Below are positions 35,501 to 49,063 of a stretch of DNA of 64,000 bases, in pieces. Positions within the stretch are counted from its first letter, which is position 1. The number at the start of each line of letters is the position of its first letter. Source of the DNA: Felis catus. Taxonomy: Eukaryota. The stretch lies in the NCBI RefSeq assembly GCF_018350175.1, contig NC_058375.1:1116001-1180000 (forward strand), in the 5' to 3' direction. Below the pieces are notes generated by a model. The model saw only the letters and a program-made list of their open reading frames with translations. It was not told the DNA's origin and made no database searches. Position numbers and translations under genes: made by a program.

Positions 35501-38500
35501 GGCTGCCCCCGAGGTGACCAACGGGGACACCAGCCCTACGGGGCTAGGCAGGCAGCCTGACACCACACAGGGCTCCCCCGAGGGGTCCCCTGCTCATCCA
35601 GTGGGAAAGCAGCAGAGGAGCGGCCCTGGGGACGTGGGGTCTGGACACCGCGGCTGACCTCCAGCTTGGCTCCTGCGCAGGTATCAGCCGGGAGGCTGTG
35701 CCCGGGGCTGTCTTCTTGGGCGACACACGCGGCAGTCCTGGGGGCTCTCGGGACAGACCTGGGCAGAGGCCTCGGGGCCCACGAACGGGCCTGGAGCGTG
35801 ACAGCTCTCCAACGGAGGGGGCCGCCTGCAGGTGCGGACAGCGGCAGGACAGGCCGGGACAGTGGCTTGGGGCTCCCGGCCAGTCCGGGGTCTCTGGGGT
35901 CTCTGGACCCCAAAGCTCGCCTCCCACGAGGGCTGGAGTTGGCCTCGGGCCGGGGTTGTGCCGATCCCAGCAAGACAGAACTCATGGCCCCGTGTTCTTT
36001 CTGGGAGGGATGAAAGGAGGTTTGTTGTGTCTCTAGGAGCTGCCGTCGGGGGAGATGCGCCGTGGGCAGCAGCCTTTACTAGGAGAAGGAAGCTGGTCCT
36101 GAGGCTTCCAGAAAGGCCTCGAGGGGCCTGCGGCCCACCAGCGGAGCGTGCTGTGAGGGGCTGGGCACTAAGGAGCCGGCCGTGACCAGGGGTGCGGGCA
36201 CACGCTTACACACACCCCCCACACGGGAGATGTGCACACAGATGCACACGGTGCCACACAAGGGTGCTTACACACGCAGGCCCACGCTCAGCACACGCCT
36301 GGCCCACGGGCCCTCAGTCCCAGGCTGACCCTCGGCCAATTCCCACACCTACATGTCTGGCTGGCCATGGGCAGCTCCTCGGGGTGGTGCTCCCTGTCCC
36401 CACACTGCCCTGCCATGGGGCCTGGGCCAGGCCTGCCCCACGCCCACCACCGCCCAGGAGCAGAGACTCCAGCAGACCCCTCCCCAGAAACTTGGCCAGG
36501 GGACCCTGGACAGGTCAGAGAGCAGGGTGCCGGCCTGGCCTCCTGCCCTCCTTGAATCCCCTGCCTGAAGTAGGTCCTGGATCCCAGGGGCTGCACCCTG
36601 TCCCAGGAGAAACCCCCAGCCCCACCAGCTCATGCAGGGGCCTGACACCCACTCCCAGGGGACAGAGGCCCGTAGGCAGCATTGTGGTGACCAGAAGGCC
36701 ACAGGCTCTGTGACGTGGAGGGGGGGCAGATACAGTGGCATAAACCGCCCCAGGAGGGCCCCCGGGGCCAGGCTTCTGGCAAGCAGGGCTCTGACCACAG
36801 GAGACTGGGAACCCCTGCCAGCACGTCCCAGCAGGGGCCCCAGCGCAGGCTGCACAGGGGCAGCTGGCGAGGTGGGACACGTCCCCTCCCCTCTGTGGCT
36901 CAACTGTCAGAGGCTAAGCCTGAGGCAGACGAAGACACAGACGAAGTCTTCCGTCCCTGGCCGGCCTGGTGGCCCTAAGCGGTCTGGGGCCTGTCCCTAG
37001 GCCACAGGGAAGGGCGCCCACCCCGGCCCACCCTGCCCTGGGGTAGGGCATCCTCACTGCCAGTGTCAGCATGGAGACCCCTTCGGGGGGACAGACCTCC
37101 GAGGCCGCGGTCAGGGGCAAAGAGAAATCCAAGCTGGTTCTGGGTTGCCGAAGGCACATCCAGTGCCTTCTAGAGCCGTGTTCGCAGCCGCCCCCCCCCC
37201 CCAGGGACATCCATGCGGGCGCAAGCTGGCCACCACGCGAGATCTCGGCACCTGACGCAAGCCCAGGCCAGCCTCCCTCCCTCCTTTCTCTCCGGGGCCC
37301 CCCGGAGATCTGCTGTTAGGGGTCCCGGAGGTGCTCCTGGGGCTCCTGCCCTGTGGCTGTGCCCACGCAGCGCCAGGACCCATGAGCGGCAGGTGGAGAG
37401 GTGCTGGGGAGGGTGGCCAAGGCTGTGGGAGGGGCTCACTCCGCGGGCTGTGGTCTCAGATCGCGTGGCCCCCCCACCCCCGGGGTTGCTTGGTTTCAGA
37501 CGGACGCAGCCCCTGACGAGCAAGTGTATCCCCTGCTCACGGCATTGCCTGGAGGCACCATAGGATTTTCCTGTACTTGTCTGGGACGAGCCCCCCCCCC
37601 CCCCACCCCAGGATTCCTCCACAGGAAATTCACGGCACAGATTTCCCTTTAAAAGCAAGGATCTTTCATGGTAGCTACGCTGCCATAATTAACCATAGAC
37701 AATTAATATTAAAATGCGTTACCTCCCCCCTCCCCCCCCAAGGCAATGAAATTCCCAGAAGTTCTCTGCTATACATTGCGCCGCTTATCGGCAAGACTGC
37801 ATTAGCAGCAAAGGGCACCTTGATTTTTAAAATCATCTTACAATTAGGGATGATTCTTCGCAGACCGCATCTGATGAATGCTCGGAACCATGTGTTCAAC
37901 AAATGGAAAAGAGGGACCACTCAGATCAGTTGGAAACATTTCCTGGGAGGGTTTTGTGCATTTCACACACACACACGCACGCGCGCGCGCGCATGCAACG
38001 TGAGGTTCTCGCCCTCCTAGGGCTTTATCGGGTTCCCAAATCCAATTTACGGGGATTGTCTGGGCCGAGTGGCCCGCCTGCCAGTGTCCCTGCAGCCACT
38101 CTCGGCACCTGCGGCAGGACTCCGAGGGCTCACACTGCCAGGGGGCGAGCGGACGCCCCCCTGACGCGATCAGCACAAAAGGGCATCCCGCTTAAGGCCG
38201 AGGGCGGGAACTACAGAAGGTTAAGCGTCTAAATATAAAAATCTCTGTGAACCGAACATCATTATCAGCTTTGTTGCTACCGCGTGGGGGCTGCAACGTC
38301 ACCAAAGGCTGCGGGAAGCCTGGCGCCGGTCCACGCCTATGAAATCGTCTTTTCTTCTCAACGGAAAGCAAAGTGCTCGGAAGTTAAAAACCATGAGGCG
38401 GCTGACGTAGTCGCATCAAAGGGAGAAGAGGGTCCTGAGCCCCGCGTGGCGACACGGGGCCTCCGGGAAGTACTTTCTCTGCTCGTTTTACTTATTCGTG

Positions 38501-38989
38501 CGACGAGAAAGCAGGCGTTTGGAGGCTTTCTGTCCTGAACCGCCCGTGGCAGGGGTGAGGAGGAAGCCGAGAAGCCGGTCCCGGGGGGCGTGCGCGAGGC
38601 CGCGCTGGAAGGTGCCAGCTGAGCCCGCCACGGGGCCGCCGCGCCCCGGCGCCCTCGTCAGCGCCCGCCGCCGTGGGGCCCCGTCTCCGCCACTCCCTGC
38701 CGGTCTCGCGGAAGGAGCGTCTTCGCCTCCAGCCCCGGTTTTACGAAGCCCGTTCGTCACTGCCTCACAGTCCCGTGGCGGGGCCGGGGCGTGAGGGCGA
38801 GGGCTACGGGGGCGCGGCGCGCGTAGGACACCCTTCCTGCAAAGGGCTGCAGAGGGAGGGCACCCGCCTCCCGCTTCCCCGTCAGCCCCCGGAGGCGGCG
38901 GAGGCCTTGGCTGCCGGTGGGTTTGCTCACGCGGCGTCCCGACTGTCAGGCAAAGGTGCCGGTCGACGGAAACGGCCACCCTCCCCCGG

Positions 38990-39400
38990 TTCTCCGGCCA
39001 CAGAGCCTGGTCTTGGCCGGCACACTGCGTCCCTCGTCTCCTCGAGGCCTGGCGCGGTCACGTCACCAAGTTCTGGCCGACGACGTGGAAGCAACGGCAC
39101 GTTCTTAGAAGGGACGCGGCTTAAAAGGGAGGGCCCTGGCTCCTCATGCTTCCCCCTCCCAGCTGCCGGGAACAGGGGGCATGACGACGGGCGCCTGTGC
39201 AGCCTTCTAGGGCCACGCGATGACGCAGGAAGGGCGACGGAGCAGCGGCATAGGAAACAGAAACAGGGGCCCCGGTGACCATGGGGGACGGCACCCCAGC
39301 CTCTGAACATCCACACGAGAAGCGAACCTCAATGGAGTTGAAGCCGCCGCTGTGCTGTCGGAAGGGGGCTCGAGAGTGAGCTCAGGAGCAGGGACCCGGA
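38990..39400 (+). mobile_element. MLT1-family (ERVL-MaLR) LTR relic
   Basis: gtcacgtcaccaagttctggccgacgacgtggaagc resembles the recalled ggccatgtgactaagttctggccaatgagatgtaagc, with further matching blocks to ~39370. Confidence 0.5.
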
Positions 39401-41791
39401 GGCGGGGCTGCTCTGAGAACACGGAGGTTCGCTCCGTGTTCCCTGTATGCGAGGGGGCTGCCACACGACGGCACAATTTTGCTTTCTTTCGAATAACGCT
39501 CAGAATAAGTTGAGGCTGTCTGTCCCCAGAGAGTCACAGAATGAGCCGCTTTGGTTAAAACAACAACAAAGACTTCCTTCTTTCCCGCCCAAGCAGCTCC
39601 GTGTCCTGGCCGTTTCCGGTTTTCCCCACTCCCACGCGGGTCTCGGGTACCGCCCGGCCGCCCCGCAGCTGCCGCCTCCCGGACCCCACAGAGCGAGCTC
39701 CCCTGGTCAAGCTGTGATTATCTGGGATTTTCTCGCTCACGGCCGACTCCTATCCTACCTGCGGCAGCAAATTTGCACTGACTTCATTTCCTGTTTGCAG
39801 ACGGCCGGCCAGTGTGTCCATGACCCAGGGCCACCCCGGGCCGGCTCGTCCGAGGGCTTGGGCCCCCGTGGGGCGAGGGGTGCTCCGGGGCAGCTGAGCG
39901 GGCAGGACGCAGTGGCAGTGTCCTGCAGAGAGGCTCGGGCGACCCCTCCTGACCCAGGTGTGTGTGTCCCTGGCGCCCCACCCTGTGAAGGGACGGGAGG
40001 GGGTCACGAAGGGGTTGGCGGTCCTGGGAGCAGATGCCGCTCACCATCGCTTTACAGAAGAGGAGACAGGTGTGGAGAGGCTCGGCCAAAAAGCGGCAGA
40101 GAAGCAGCCACCTCCCGGGTCAGCCCCCAGGGCACCTGGCAAAGGACCCGGGGCCTCGGGTCCAGGTGCAGAGCTCGAGCGGTTCTCATAGGACCCAAGG
40201 CGTGTTCCCCTTGGTCTCCCCAAAGGTGATTCTCTACGGCTCCACGCCCGTGTCCTAGCAAAGCCGGAAACGTCTCTGAGCATGTCGGCAGCCGGACACC
40301 AGCCCCGTGAGCACAGGGTGAGGCCCGCTCCCGAGCGGCGAGCACCCCAAACCCGCACAGCGGGCTGGGCCCGGGCCACCCACACCAAACACCCGGCCGC
40401 GGACGTGGGCCCCCCTTTCCGGGCCAGGTTTCCACGGAGACCTCATCACAGGCTCTGAAATCCCTGCCGGTGGAAGGTGTGGCGCCCAGAGGGTGTTTTT
40501 ACGCAGAAACATGAGACCTACTCTGCCCTTTGGCGTAAAGTTGCTTCTATAAACCGAGTGGGAAGCAGACGAGGGGTTGTGGCCAGCCCCCCCGGGCCTC
40601 CCCCCACGAGCCTCGGGGCCCCCGCCGGCCGCTGGGGTGTGAGGCGCCCCCACACAGAGGGCCCGGCCCGGGCCCTGGTGCAGAACACTAGTCCCCCCGT
40701 TCTGCTGTGACCTGGGAGCACCCCCTGCGGCATCCAGGGCTGGGGTCCTGATGGGGGACCGGCCCCTCTTCAAGGGCTAAGGAGAACGTGAAGGTCCCCG
40801 CGGCTAACATGTGCGTGAACTTGCCCGGTGGGGACCCCGGAGTCCCGCTGATGACCGTGCCCTGGTCCACAGGACCTGATGCAGCTGCTTCCCGTGGCGA
40901 GGGGACCAGGCGGGACCCACAGTCACACTCGCTGGGACGCCTCCGGTAACGCACATGCTCCCCCCATTAGGACGTAAGCGGTGGGGCTGCATCAGCTTGT
41001 GTGGGACCCGGGGTCCCCGGACACGGTGAGCTGCAGAGATTAAACTCTGATTTACCTCCGGAGCTCCAGTGCTCTGCTTCCGGCAGTGGTTCAGAGGACT
41101 CCATGGAGAAGCCGGGCCAGGCATCCACGGCAGCAGCTGTCAGGCACCAGGAGCCGTGGGGCCAGGTGCATGTGGAGTTGCTGTGTGCTCCGGGCAGAGG
41201 CGGAACCAGCCGGAAAACCAGGCAAACGCTGGCGACCGTTAGGTCTACAGACGCCTGTCCCGGGCGGGTGGGGGCTGTCACGAGGGCGCGCTCCCGTCCA
41301 GCCACAGACCTCCTGGCGACAGTGGCCGAGGCAAACCGCCAAGGTCTGACAGATGCAGAAACAGGCCCGAGGCCCTCAGCCCAGGGGCCACACTGCACCG
41401 CCAGGCTCTTGTGAATGAACAAGACAGCCGGCAGTGACCAGATGTGCATGTGGCGAGGGCAGGACGGCCGCCATGGCGGTCCCCGGGCTGCCGTGCCCCA
41501 GCCCCACCACGGGCTCTGGGCTCACACAGTAAGAACGTGCACCCGAGGGGTCTGGTGCCCAGGGCGGTAGCTCCCAGCCTGCCTTGTAACCCACAGCAAT
41601 GGCGACCGGCCTGCTCGGGTCTGGGCACTGCCTTCCTGGGACGTTCTGTCCCCTCCAGGGCCACTGTGCCTGAGTTCTCAAGGGTCAACTTTATTTTCCC
41701 CCTGCCCAGGTTCTGAGGCGCCCGCCATCAGCCCACACACCCCGAAGCACTCACGTAAGCTACCGCCAACCAGCTGGTCAGCTCCACTCAC

Positions 41792-41964
41792 CGGGAGGGC
41801 CACCGGGGATGTCCCTCTGGCCTCGAGATGTGTCTGATGCCGCTGCTGGCTCCCGGTCTCCCCCGGGGAGCAGTGGATCTCCTCTGGCACTTTCCAGGGC
41901 AGCTCTGGGCTCCAAGGCCCCGGACTTGGGGCTCCACAGAGGATAGGCGATGCACTCAAAGCCA
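41792..41964 (-). CDS. MORN1: MORN1 exon 10
   Basis: ctttgcag|T...G|gtgagt; 173 nt; (F)GFECIAYPLWSPKSGALEPRAALESARGDPLLPGGDREPAAASDTSRGQRDIPGGPP(G). Confidence 0.92.
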
Positions 41965-42369
41965 CTGCAAAGGGGACAGGTGCGACTGGGCTTTGCCGGA
42001 CGCCAAGCTGAGAGGGACACCTGGCTGTGGGGGACACGGTGGCTTAAGGGTCCTTCCAGGGAGGAGGGGACGAGGCGACCACTCGGAGACTAACGTGGTG
42101 GGAAGCAGGGAACGGTGGGGGGGGGGGGGACGGTCTGTCCGGGACCACTGGAACCACGCCGCAGCCCCAGCCCACCTTCCCCTGGCCCTCTGCCTTCGCT
42201 CCTGCTCCACTAGACAGAGCGTGTCGTGTCTGGTGGTCACTACTGTGTCCCCAGTGCCCTCAGAGTCCTTGGTGTGGGAGCCACGTGCGGACGGGCCCGG
42301 GTCGAGTAGTTCTGGGCCATTCCTCCTTGTCTCCCACCCCACACGGGCGTCCGGGGTCGCCCATACTCA

Positions 42370-42726
<357 letters not shown>

Positions 42727-44496
42727 TCACTGGGGATCCCGGGCCTCAGGGCACCTGGCTGTGCCTCTGGCTGGGGGGCTCTCCTTGATGGCCAGCCTCA
42801 GGGTTTCACCTGCTCAGGGGCGGGGGGTTGCCCTGGCCGAGAGCAGTCACACCGGAGGCTTGTCTTCACCGCGGTTCCACCTCCAGGGAGACATCGCTGC
42901 TTGTGGCCCAGCCCCCACCTCGACCTGGGGGATGGCTCCACCCCCCTGGTCTACACTCCCGGGGCACTCGGCACAGGGCCTGGTCGCGTGGACTCTGAGC
43001 GGCGTCCGTGACGCCCGTCATTCAGCCCCCGTGGAAGAGGGGACAGAGCAGGACAGATACTGCAAGTACTTTGACTTGGAAGGAGGGGAGTGGAGGGCGG
43101 AGTCGAGGATCACATCCCAGTATGGTCTCATCGGCCTCCGCTCTTGTCACATGATGGGGCACCCGGGACCAATATACGCTCCTACCTGAAGCAACCAAAA
43201 ACGCAGACAAAATATAATGATAACATGATGGTTTTCAAGATCCAAGGACAGTGGTCCCTGAGACGGGAAACAAAGGGTGTGGAGCCCATAACTGCCCAGG
43301 TCACTGCCTTGAGAGAAGGTGGACCGGGTACAGGGAGAGGGACTGGCAACCCCAGGAACCCCCTCAGTGAGGACACAGGGCTGAAGGGGGAGGGGGGGAG
43401 GACAGGCACATAGCAGGAGTCCTGGAGTCCAGAAGGCAGAGGAACAGAGAAGCGTGTGGGGCCTCTGGGTGCACAGCAGAGCACAGGTTGGTGCACCAAG
43501 TGCAAGGAAATGTCCCCAGGCCAGGAAAAGACCCAGGAAAAGACAGGGCGGGAGGCTCTGGGCTCACATGGGACAGGAGCGGTGCTCATTCCCATTGGCC
43601 AGGCTGGGAGACCCGGACGTCATGGCACACTGGGCAGGGTTCTCAGAAGGTCTTGCTTCCGCAGTGGGGATGACGGGTCTCAGCTGGAGCTCTCCACCAC
43701 ACCTAACACTTCATAAAGGCAAAACCTGAAAGGATCGAACGATCTCCAAGGAAGCCAACTGTACCCCAGGAAAAAGGCCAAGAGTACTTATGGGAACACA
43801 GAAATATCCAGCCTCCAAATGGTACGTTTTCAACGTCTGGCGCCCAGTCAAAGATGACCAGGCGAAGAATGGCGAAAAGTATGGTCCATAATGAGGAGGG
43901 AACACCGTCAAATGAAACCAACCCAGAACTGACCCAGATGTTAGAATTAGCAGGAAAGGACACTTTTTCAAAGTCATTACTATAACTGGACTCCGTGCAT
44001 TCAAAAGATAAGTAGAGACACTGAAGATATAAAAAGAACAAAGTTGAACTCCTAGAAATAAAAACTATTAGATAAAAAATACACTGTATGTGATCAATGG
44101 CCGATTAGACATTGCAAAAAAAAAAAAAAAAAAGATTCATGAACTTGAAAACATAGCTACAGAAACGACCCAAAATGAAATACCAAGAGGAAAAAGGAAA
44201 AAAGAAAAAATAAATAAAAAAGGAAGGTAAAGAAAAAGAGGGGAGAAAGAGGGAAGGGGAAAAAGAATCTATGAACAGTGAGGCGACTTGAAATGGCCTA
44301 ATATTATATGGGTAATGGAGCCTCTAAAAGAGGGGAAGAAAAAGCAGTGATGGAAAATTATTTGAGGAAATAAAGGCTGAAAAATCCCAAAATTTGATGA
44401 AAACTATAAACCCACAGACGCAAGAAAATCAATAGACCCAAGCACAAGAAACATGAAGAAAATTACACCATGTCACTTCAAAAATAAAACTGCTCA

Positions 44497-44729
44497 GGGC
44501 GCCTGGGTGGCTCACTTGGTTAAGCGTCCGACTTTGGCTCAGGTCACGATCCTGCAGTTCGTGAGTTCGAGCCCTGCGTCGGGCTCTGTGCCAACGGCTC
44601 AGAGCCTGGAGCCTGCTTCGGATTCTGTGTCTCCCTCTCTCTCTGCCCCTCCCCCTGCTTGCAACTCTGTTTCTCTGTCTCTCTGTCTCTCTCTCAAAAA
44701 TAAACATTAAAAAATGTTAACAAAAATAA
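44497..44729 (+). mobile_element. CAN-SINE (SINEC_Fc type)
   Basis: gggcgcctgggtggctca head, (CT)n, A tail; perfect TSD AAAATAAAACTGCTCA at 44481-44496 and 44730-44745. Confidence 0.95.
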
Positions 44730-44770
44730 AAAATAAAACTGCTCAAACCAGTGATAAAGAGAAAATCTTA

Positions 44771-45491
44771 CACTACCTCACACCTGTCAGAATGGCTAAC
44801 ATTAACAACTCAGGCAACAACAGATGTTGGCGAGGATGTGGAGAAACGGGAACCCTCTTGCACTGTTCGTGGGAATGCGAACTGGTGCAGCCACTCTGGA
44901 AAACAGTACGGAGGTTCCTCAAATAATTAAAAATAGAACCGCCCTATGACCCAGCAATTGCACTACTAGGCATTTATCCAAGGGATACAGGTGTGCCGTT
45001 TCGAAGGGACACAGGCACCCCAATGTTTATAGCAGCCCTATCGACAATAGCCAAAGTATGGAAAGAGCCCAAATGTCCATCGACGGATGAATGGATCAAG
45101 AAGATGTGGTATATACATACAATGGAGTATTACTCAGCGATGACAAAGAATGAAATCTTGTCATTTGCAACAACTTGGATGCAACTAGAGGGTATTATGC
45201 TAAGCGAAATTAGAGAAAGACAAATATCATATGACTTCACTCTTATGAGTACTTTAAGACACAGATGAACATAAGGGAAGGGAAGCAAAAAGAATATAAA
45301 AACAGGGAGGGGGACAAAATATAAGAGACTCTTCAATATGGAGAATAAACAGAGGGTTGCTGGAGGGGTTGTGAGAGGGGTGATGGGCTAAATGGGTCAG
45401 GGGCACTAAGGAATCTACTCCTGAAATTATTGTCGCACTATACGCTAACCAATTTGGATGTAAATTTTTAAAAATAAATTAAATTTTAAAA
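44771..45491 (+). mobile_element. Young carnivore L1 (L1_Fc-like), 5'-truncated 3' end
   Basis: [28 protein letters not shown]2 C-terminus, L1 3'UTR and A-rich tail; imperfect TSD aaaga(ca)gaaaatct. Confidence 0.92.
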
Positions 45492-45915
45492 AAAGACAGA
45501 AAATCTAAAAGCAGCCAGGGAAAAAGCAAGTTTGTACAGAGAAAACACAGATACAGATGACAGCTATGTCTGTTTCTCTTTGGAAACAGCATAGACAAGA
45601 AGTCAATGGAATAGCACCACTGTCCTGCTGGAGGGTAGACCAGAATTCTATACCTGGTGAAAATACCTATGAGAAATGAAAGCAAAAGCAAGATGTTTCC
45701 AGACATGTGAAAGTGGAAAGAATTAATTGCCAGAAAGCACATGGGACAACGAATGTTAAAGGCTAAGTCCTTCAGGCAGAAGAAAACGGTACCAGGTGGA
45801 AATCTGTATCTATAAGAAGGAATGGGGAGGACCAGAAAGGGTAACTACAGGGGCAAATTGATGAGATTTCCTTTTTTATTTGTTACGTATTCTTTGAAAG
45901 ATAAACGACTGTTTA

Positions 45916-46148
45916 TTGTTTTTTTTAATTAAAAAAAAATTTTTTTTAACGTTTATTTATTTTTGAGACAGAGAGAGACAGAGCATGAATGGGGGAGGGT
46001 CAGAGAGAGGGAGACACAGAATCTGAAACAGGCTCCAGGCTCCGAGCTGTCAGCACAGAGCCCGACGTGGGGCTCCAACTCACGGACTGCGAGATCATGA
46101 CCTGAGCCGAAGTCGGTCGCTCAACTGACTGAGCCACCCAGGTGCCCC
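45916..46148 (-). mobile_element. CAN-SINE
   Basis: Reverse-oriented SINE body; TSD gataaa(c/t)gactg(t/c)tta at 45900-45915 and 46149-46164. Confidence 0.93.
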
Positions 46149-46807
46149 GATAAATGACTGCTTAAACAAAAGTAATAACAATGTATTACGAAGTGTATTA
46201 AACATATGAATGTAAAACATATAAAAAAATAGCATAAACATTGGGATTGCAGAAAAAGAAGTATATCCTATTGCAGAGTTCTTATGTTATATGTGAAGTA
46301 GTATGGTATCACTCCAAAGCAGGCTGTGATAAGTTAAAGATGTAAATTGTGGTCCTTAAAGCAACCCCTAGAACAAGAAAACAAGGAGTAAGAATTGATA
46401 AGCCAACAGAGGAGATAGGATGGACTCAGAAGCAATACTCAACCCACAAAAGGTAGGAATAGAGTGTAAAGAGGGAAAAAACCAGCCAGGGCAAATAGAA
46501 AACAGTAAAATGGTAAGTTTGAAACTGGTATATAAATAAATATATTAAATGTGAATGGAGTAAAAATTTCAATTAGAAGATAGATGTGGTTAGAACGAAC
46601 TAAAAAGCAAGACCCAGATATATGTTGCCTACAGAAAGCACACTTTAAAGACTTAAGTAGGTGAAAAGTAAAAGGCTGGATAAAGATACTCCATGCTGAT
46701 ATTAGTTAAGAGAAAGCTGGGGTCACTATATTCATAGTCATATTCCTACTTCATAGGAAGTAGATGCCAGAGCAATGACTATGCTAGAGATGAAACAGGT
46801 AATTTTG

Positions 46808-47022
46808 GGGGCGCCTGGGTGGCTCAGTCAGTTAAGTGTCCGACTTCGGCTCAGGTCATGATCTCACTATTAGTGGGTTTGAGCCCCGTGTCGGGCCCTG
46901 TGCTGACAGCTCAGGGCCTGGAGCCTGCTTCGGATTCTGTTTCTTCCTCTCTCTGCCCCTCCCCCACTCGTGCTCTGTCTCTGTCTCTGTCTCTCTCAAA
47001 AATCAATAAACATTAAAAAAAG
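46808..47022 (+). mobile_element. CAN-SINE
   Basis: ggggcgcctgggtggctcag head; TSD aaa(c/a)aggtaattttg at 46793-46807 and 47023-47037. Confidence 0.93.
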
Positions 47023-48075
47023 AAAAAGGTAATTTTGCAATGATAAGGGGTCAAGTAATTAAATGCCATAAAAATCCTAAATGTTTATGCACCTAATAAC
47101 AGAGCTCCAAAATACATGTAGCAAAAAAATGATAGGAACGAAATCAGAAATAGACAATTGCCAATTATAATCACAGATTTCAATATACCACAGTCAGTAA
47201 TTGACAGAACAAGTGGACAGAAAATCAGCAAAGATACGGTAAATCTGAAGGGCAGTAACAGTAAAATCCACTAGATTGATATTTATAGAAGATATTTATA
47301 GATATTTATTTACAGATTGATATTTCTTCTACCCAACAAGAGCAGAAATCATGCTCTTCTCAAAGTGTGCACGCAACATTTACCAAAACAGAACAAGTTC
47401 TGTGAAAAAAGTCTGGATACATTTAAAGGGATTCAAGATATACAAAGTGTGACTCTAACCACATGGAATTAAGTCAGAAGTCAATTACAGAAAGATCTGA
47501 AAAATCTCCAAATATTTGGAAATGAAACAACACACTTCTAAATAACTCACGTGGCAAAGGGAAAACCAAAAGAAATAAGGAAGCATTCTGAACTGAATGA
47601 AAATGAATACACAACATGTCAAAATTCTTGGGATGCAGCTAAAGCAGTACTAAGGGGGAAAGGTATAGCAAACTCTCATATTAGCACAGAAAGGTTTGAA
47701 ATAAATGACCTTGGTTTCCATCTTAAAAACTAGAAAAAAGAGAGCGAATTAAACCCAAAGTAAGCAGAAGAAAGGAAATACTAAGATCATAATAGGAATT
47801 AATGAAACAGAAAACAGACAACAGTAGAGAAATCAATGAAATCAGAAGTTGACGGTTTATCAATGACGCTGATAATCTGTAGCCAACTAGTCAGGCAGGA
47901 AGAAGACACCAATAATCCACAGTAGGAACAAAAGAGGTGATATCAAGGCATTAAGTGGAGAATGAGGAAATATTAGGAACAAGCTTATGACAATAAATCT
48001 GACACCTTAGATGAACAAATATTCCTTCAAAGACGCAAAACACCCAAGTTTGTTAAAGAAGAAACATGGAACTTC

Positions 48076-48274
48076 GGGGCGCCTGGGTGGCTCAGTCGGT
48101 TGGGCGTCTGATTCTTGATTTCAGGTTAGGTCATGATCTCATGGTTCACGGGATCAAGCCCCAGTTGGGGCTCTGGGTTGACGGTGTGGAGCCTGCTTGG
48201 GATTCTCTCTCCCCATCTCTCTCTGCCCCTCCCCCACTGTCATGTGCTCTCTCAAAATACACTTAAAAAAATAA
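48076..48274 (+). mobile_element. CAN-SINE (more diverged)
   Basis: SINE head at 48076; TSD aaagaagaaaca at 48055-48066 and 48275-48286; 9 extra nt between the TSD and the head. Confidence 0.9.
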
Positions 48275-48365
48275 AAAGAAGAAACAGATAACCCCAATAA
48301 CCATATATCTATTAAAGACATTGAATTAGTAATTAAAAGTCTTCCCACAAAGAAACTCCAGACCT

Positions 48366-48539
48366 NNNNNNNNNNNNNNNNNNNNNNNNNNNNNNNNNNN
48401 NNNNNNNNNNNNNNNNNNNNNNNNNNNNNNNNNNNNNNNNNNNNNNNNNNNNNNNNNNNNNNNNNNNNNNNNNNNNNNNNNNNNNNNNNNNNNNNNNNNN
48501 NNNNNNNNNNNNNNNNNNNNNNNNNNNNNNNNNNNNNNN
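48366..48539. other. Assembly gap (174 N)
   Basis: N run. Confidence 0.99.
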
Positions 48540-48640
48540 CGTGGGCTCAGTCAGGGGAGCATGTAACTCTTGATCTCAGGGGTGTAAGTTCAAGTCTCAT
48601 GTTGAGTGTAGAGATTACTTAAAAACAAACCTTAACAAGG
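48540..48640 (+). mobile_element. Short, older CAN-SINE (5' end in gap)
   Basis: gtgggctcagtc...actcttgatctcaggggtgtaagttcaagtctcatgttgagtgtagagattactt followed by an A-rich tail. Confidence 0.75.
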
Positions 48641-48863
48641 AAAATAAAAAAAAATTCAAGACCACGATCCTTCATGAAAAGATATGCAAAAACTCTAAAC
48701 AAAATTTTAGTAAATGGACTGTCTAGATCATTCAAGGCCAGGAAAGAGCAGTCTTTCAACGAATAGTGATGGGACAACTAGACGTCCACACACAAAAGAA
48801 TGTAGTTGGACCCCTGCCTCACACCACACAAAAAGATTAACTCTAAATGGATTATCGTCCTAA

Positions 48864-49063
48864 TGTTTATTTATTTTTGAGAGAGACAGAGACGGAATGT
48901 GAGTGGGTTAGGGGCAGAGAGAGAGGGAGACACAGAATCTGAAGCAGGCTCCAGGCTCTGAGCTGTCAGCACAGAGCCCGACGCGGGGCTCGAACCCACA
49001 AACTGTGAGATCGTGACCTGAGCTGAAGTCGGACGCTCAACCGACTGAGCCACTCAGGCGCCC
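48864..49063 (-). mobile_element. CAN-SINE
   Basis: Reverse SINE; TSD ctaaatggattatc at 48843-48856 and 49064-49077. Confidence 0.93.

Noticed and set aside
36195-36300. Second CA-rich tract as a related copy of the 53-kb minisatellite
   Set aside because: Similar composition only; no shared repeat unit.
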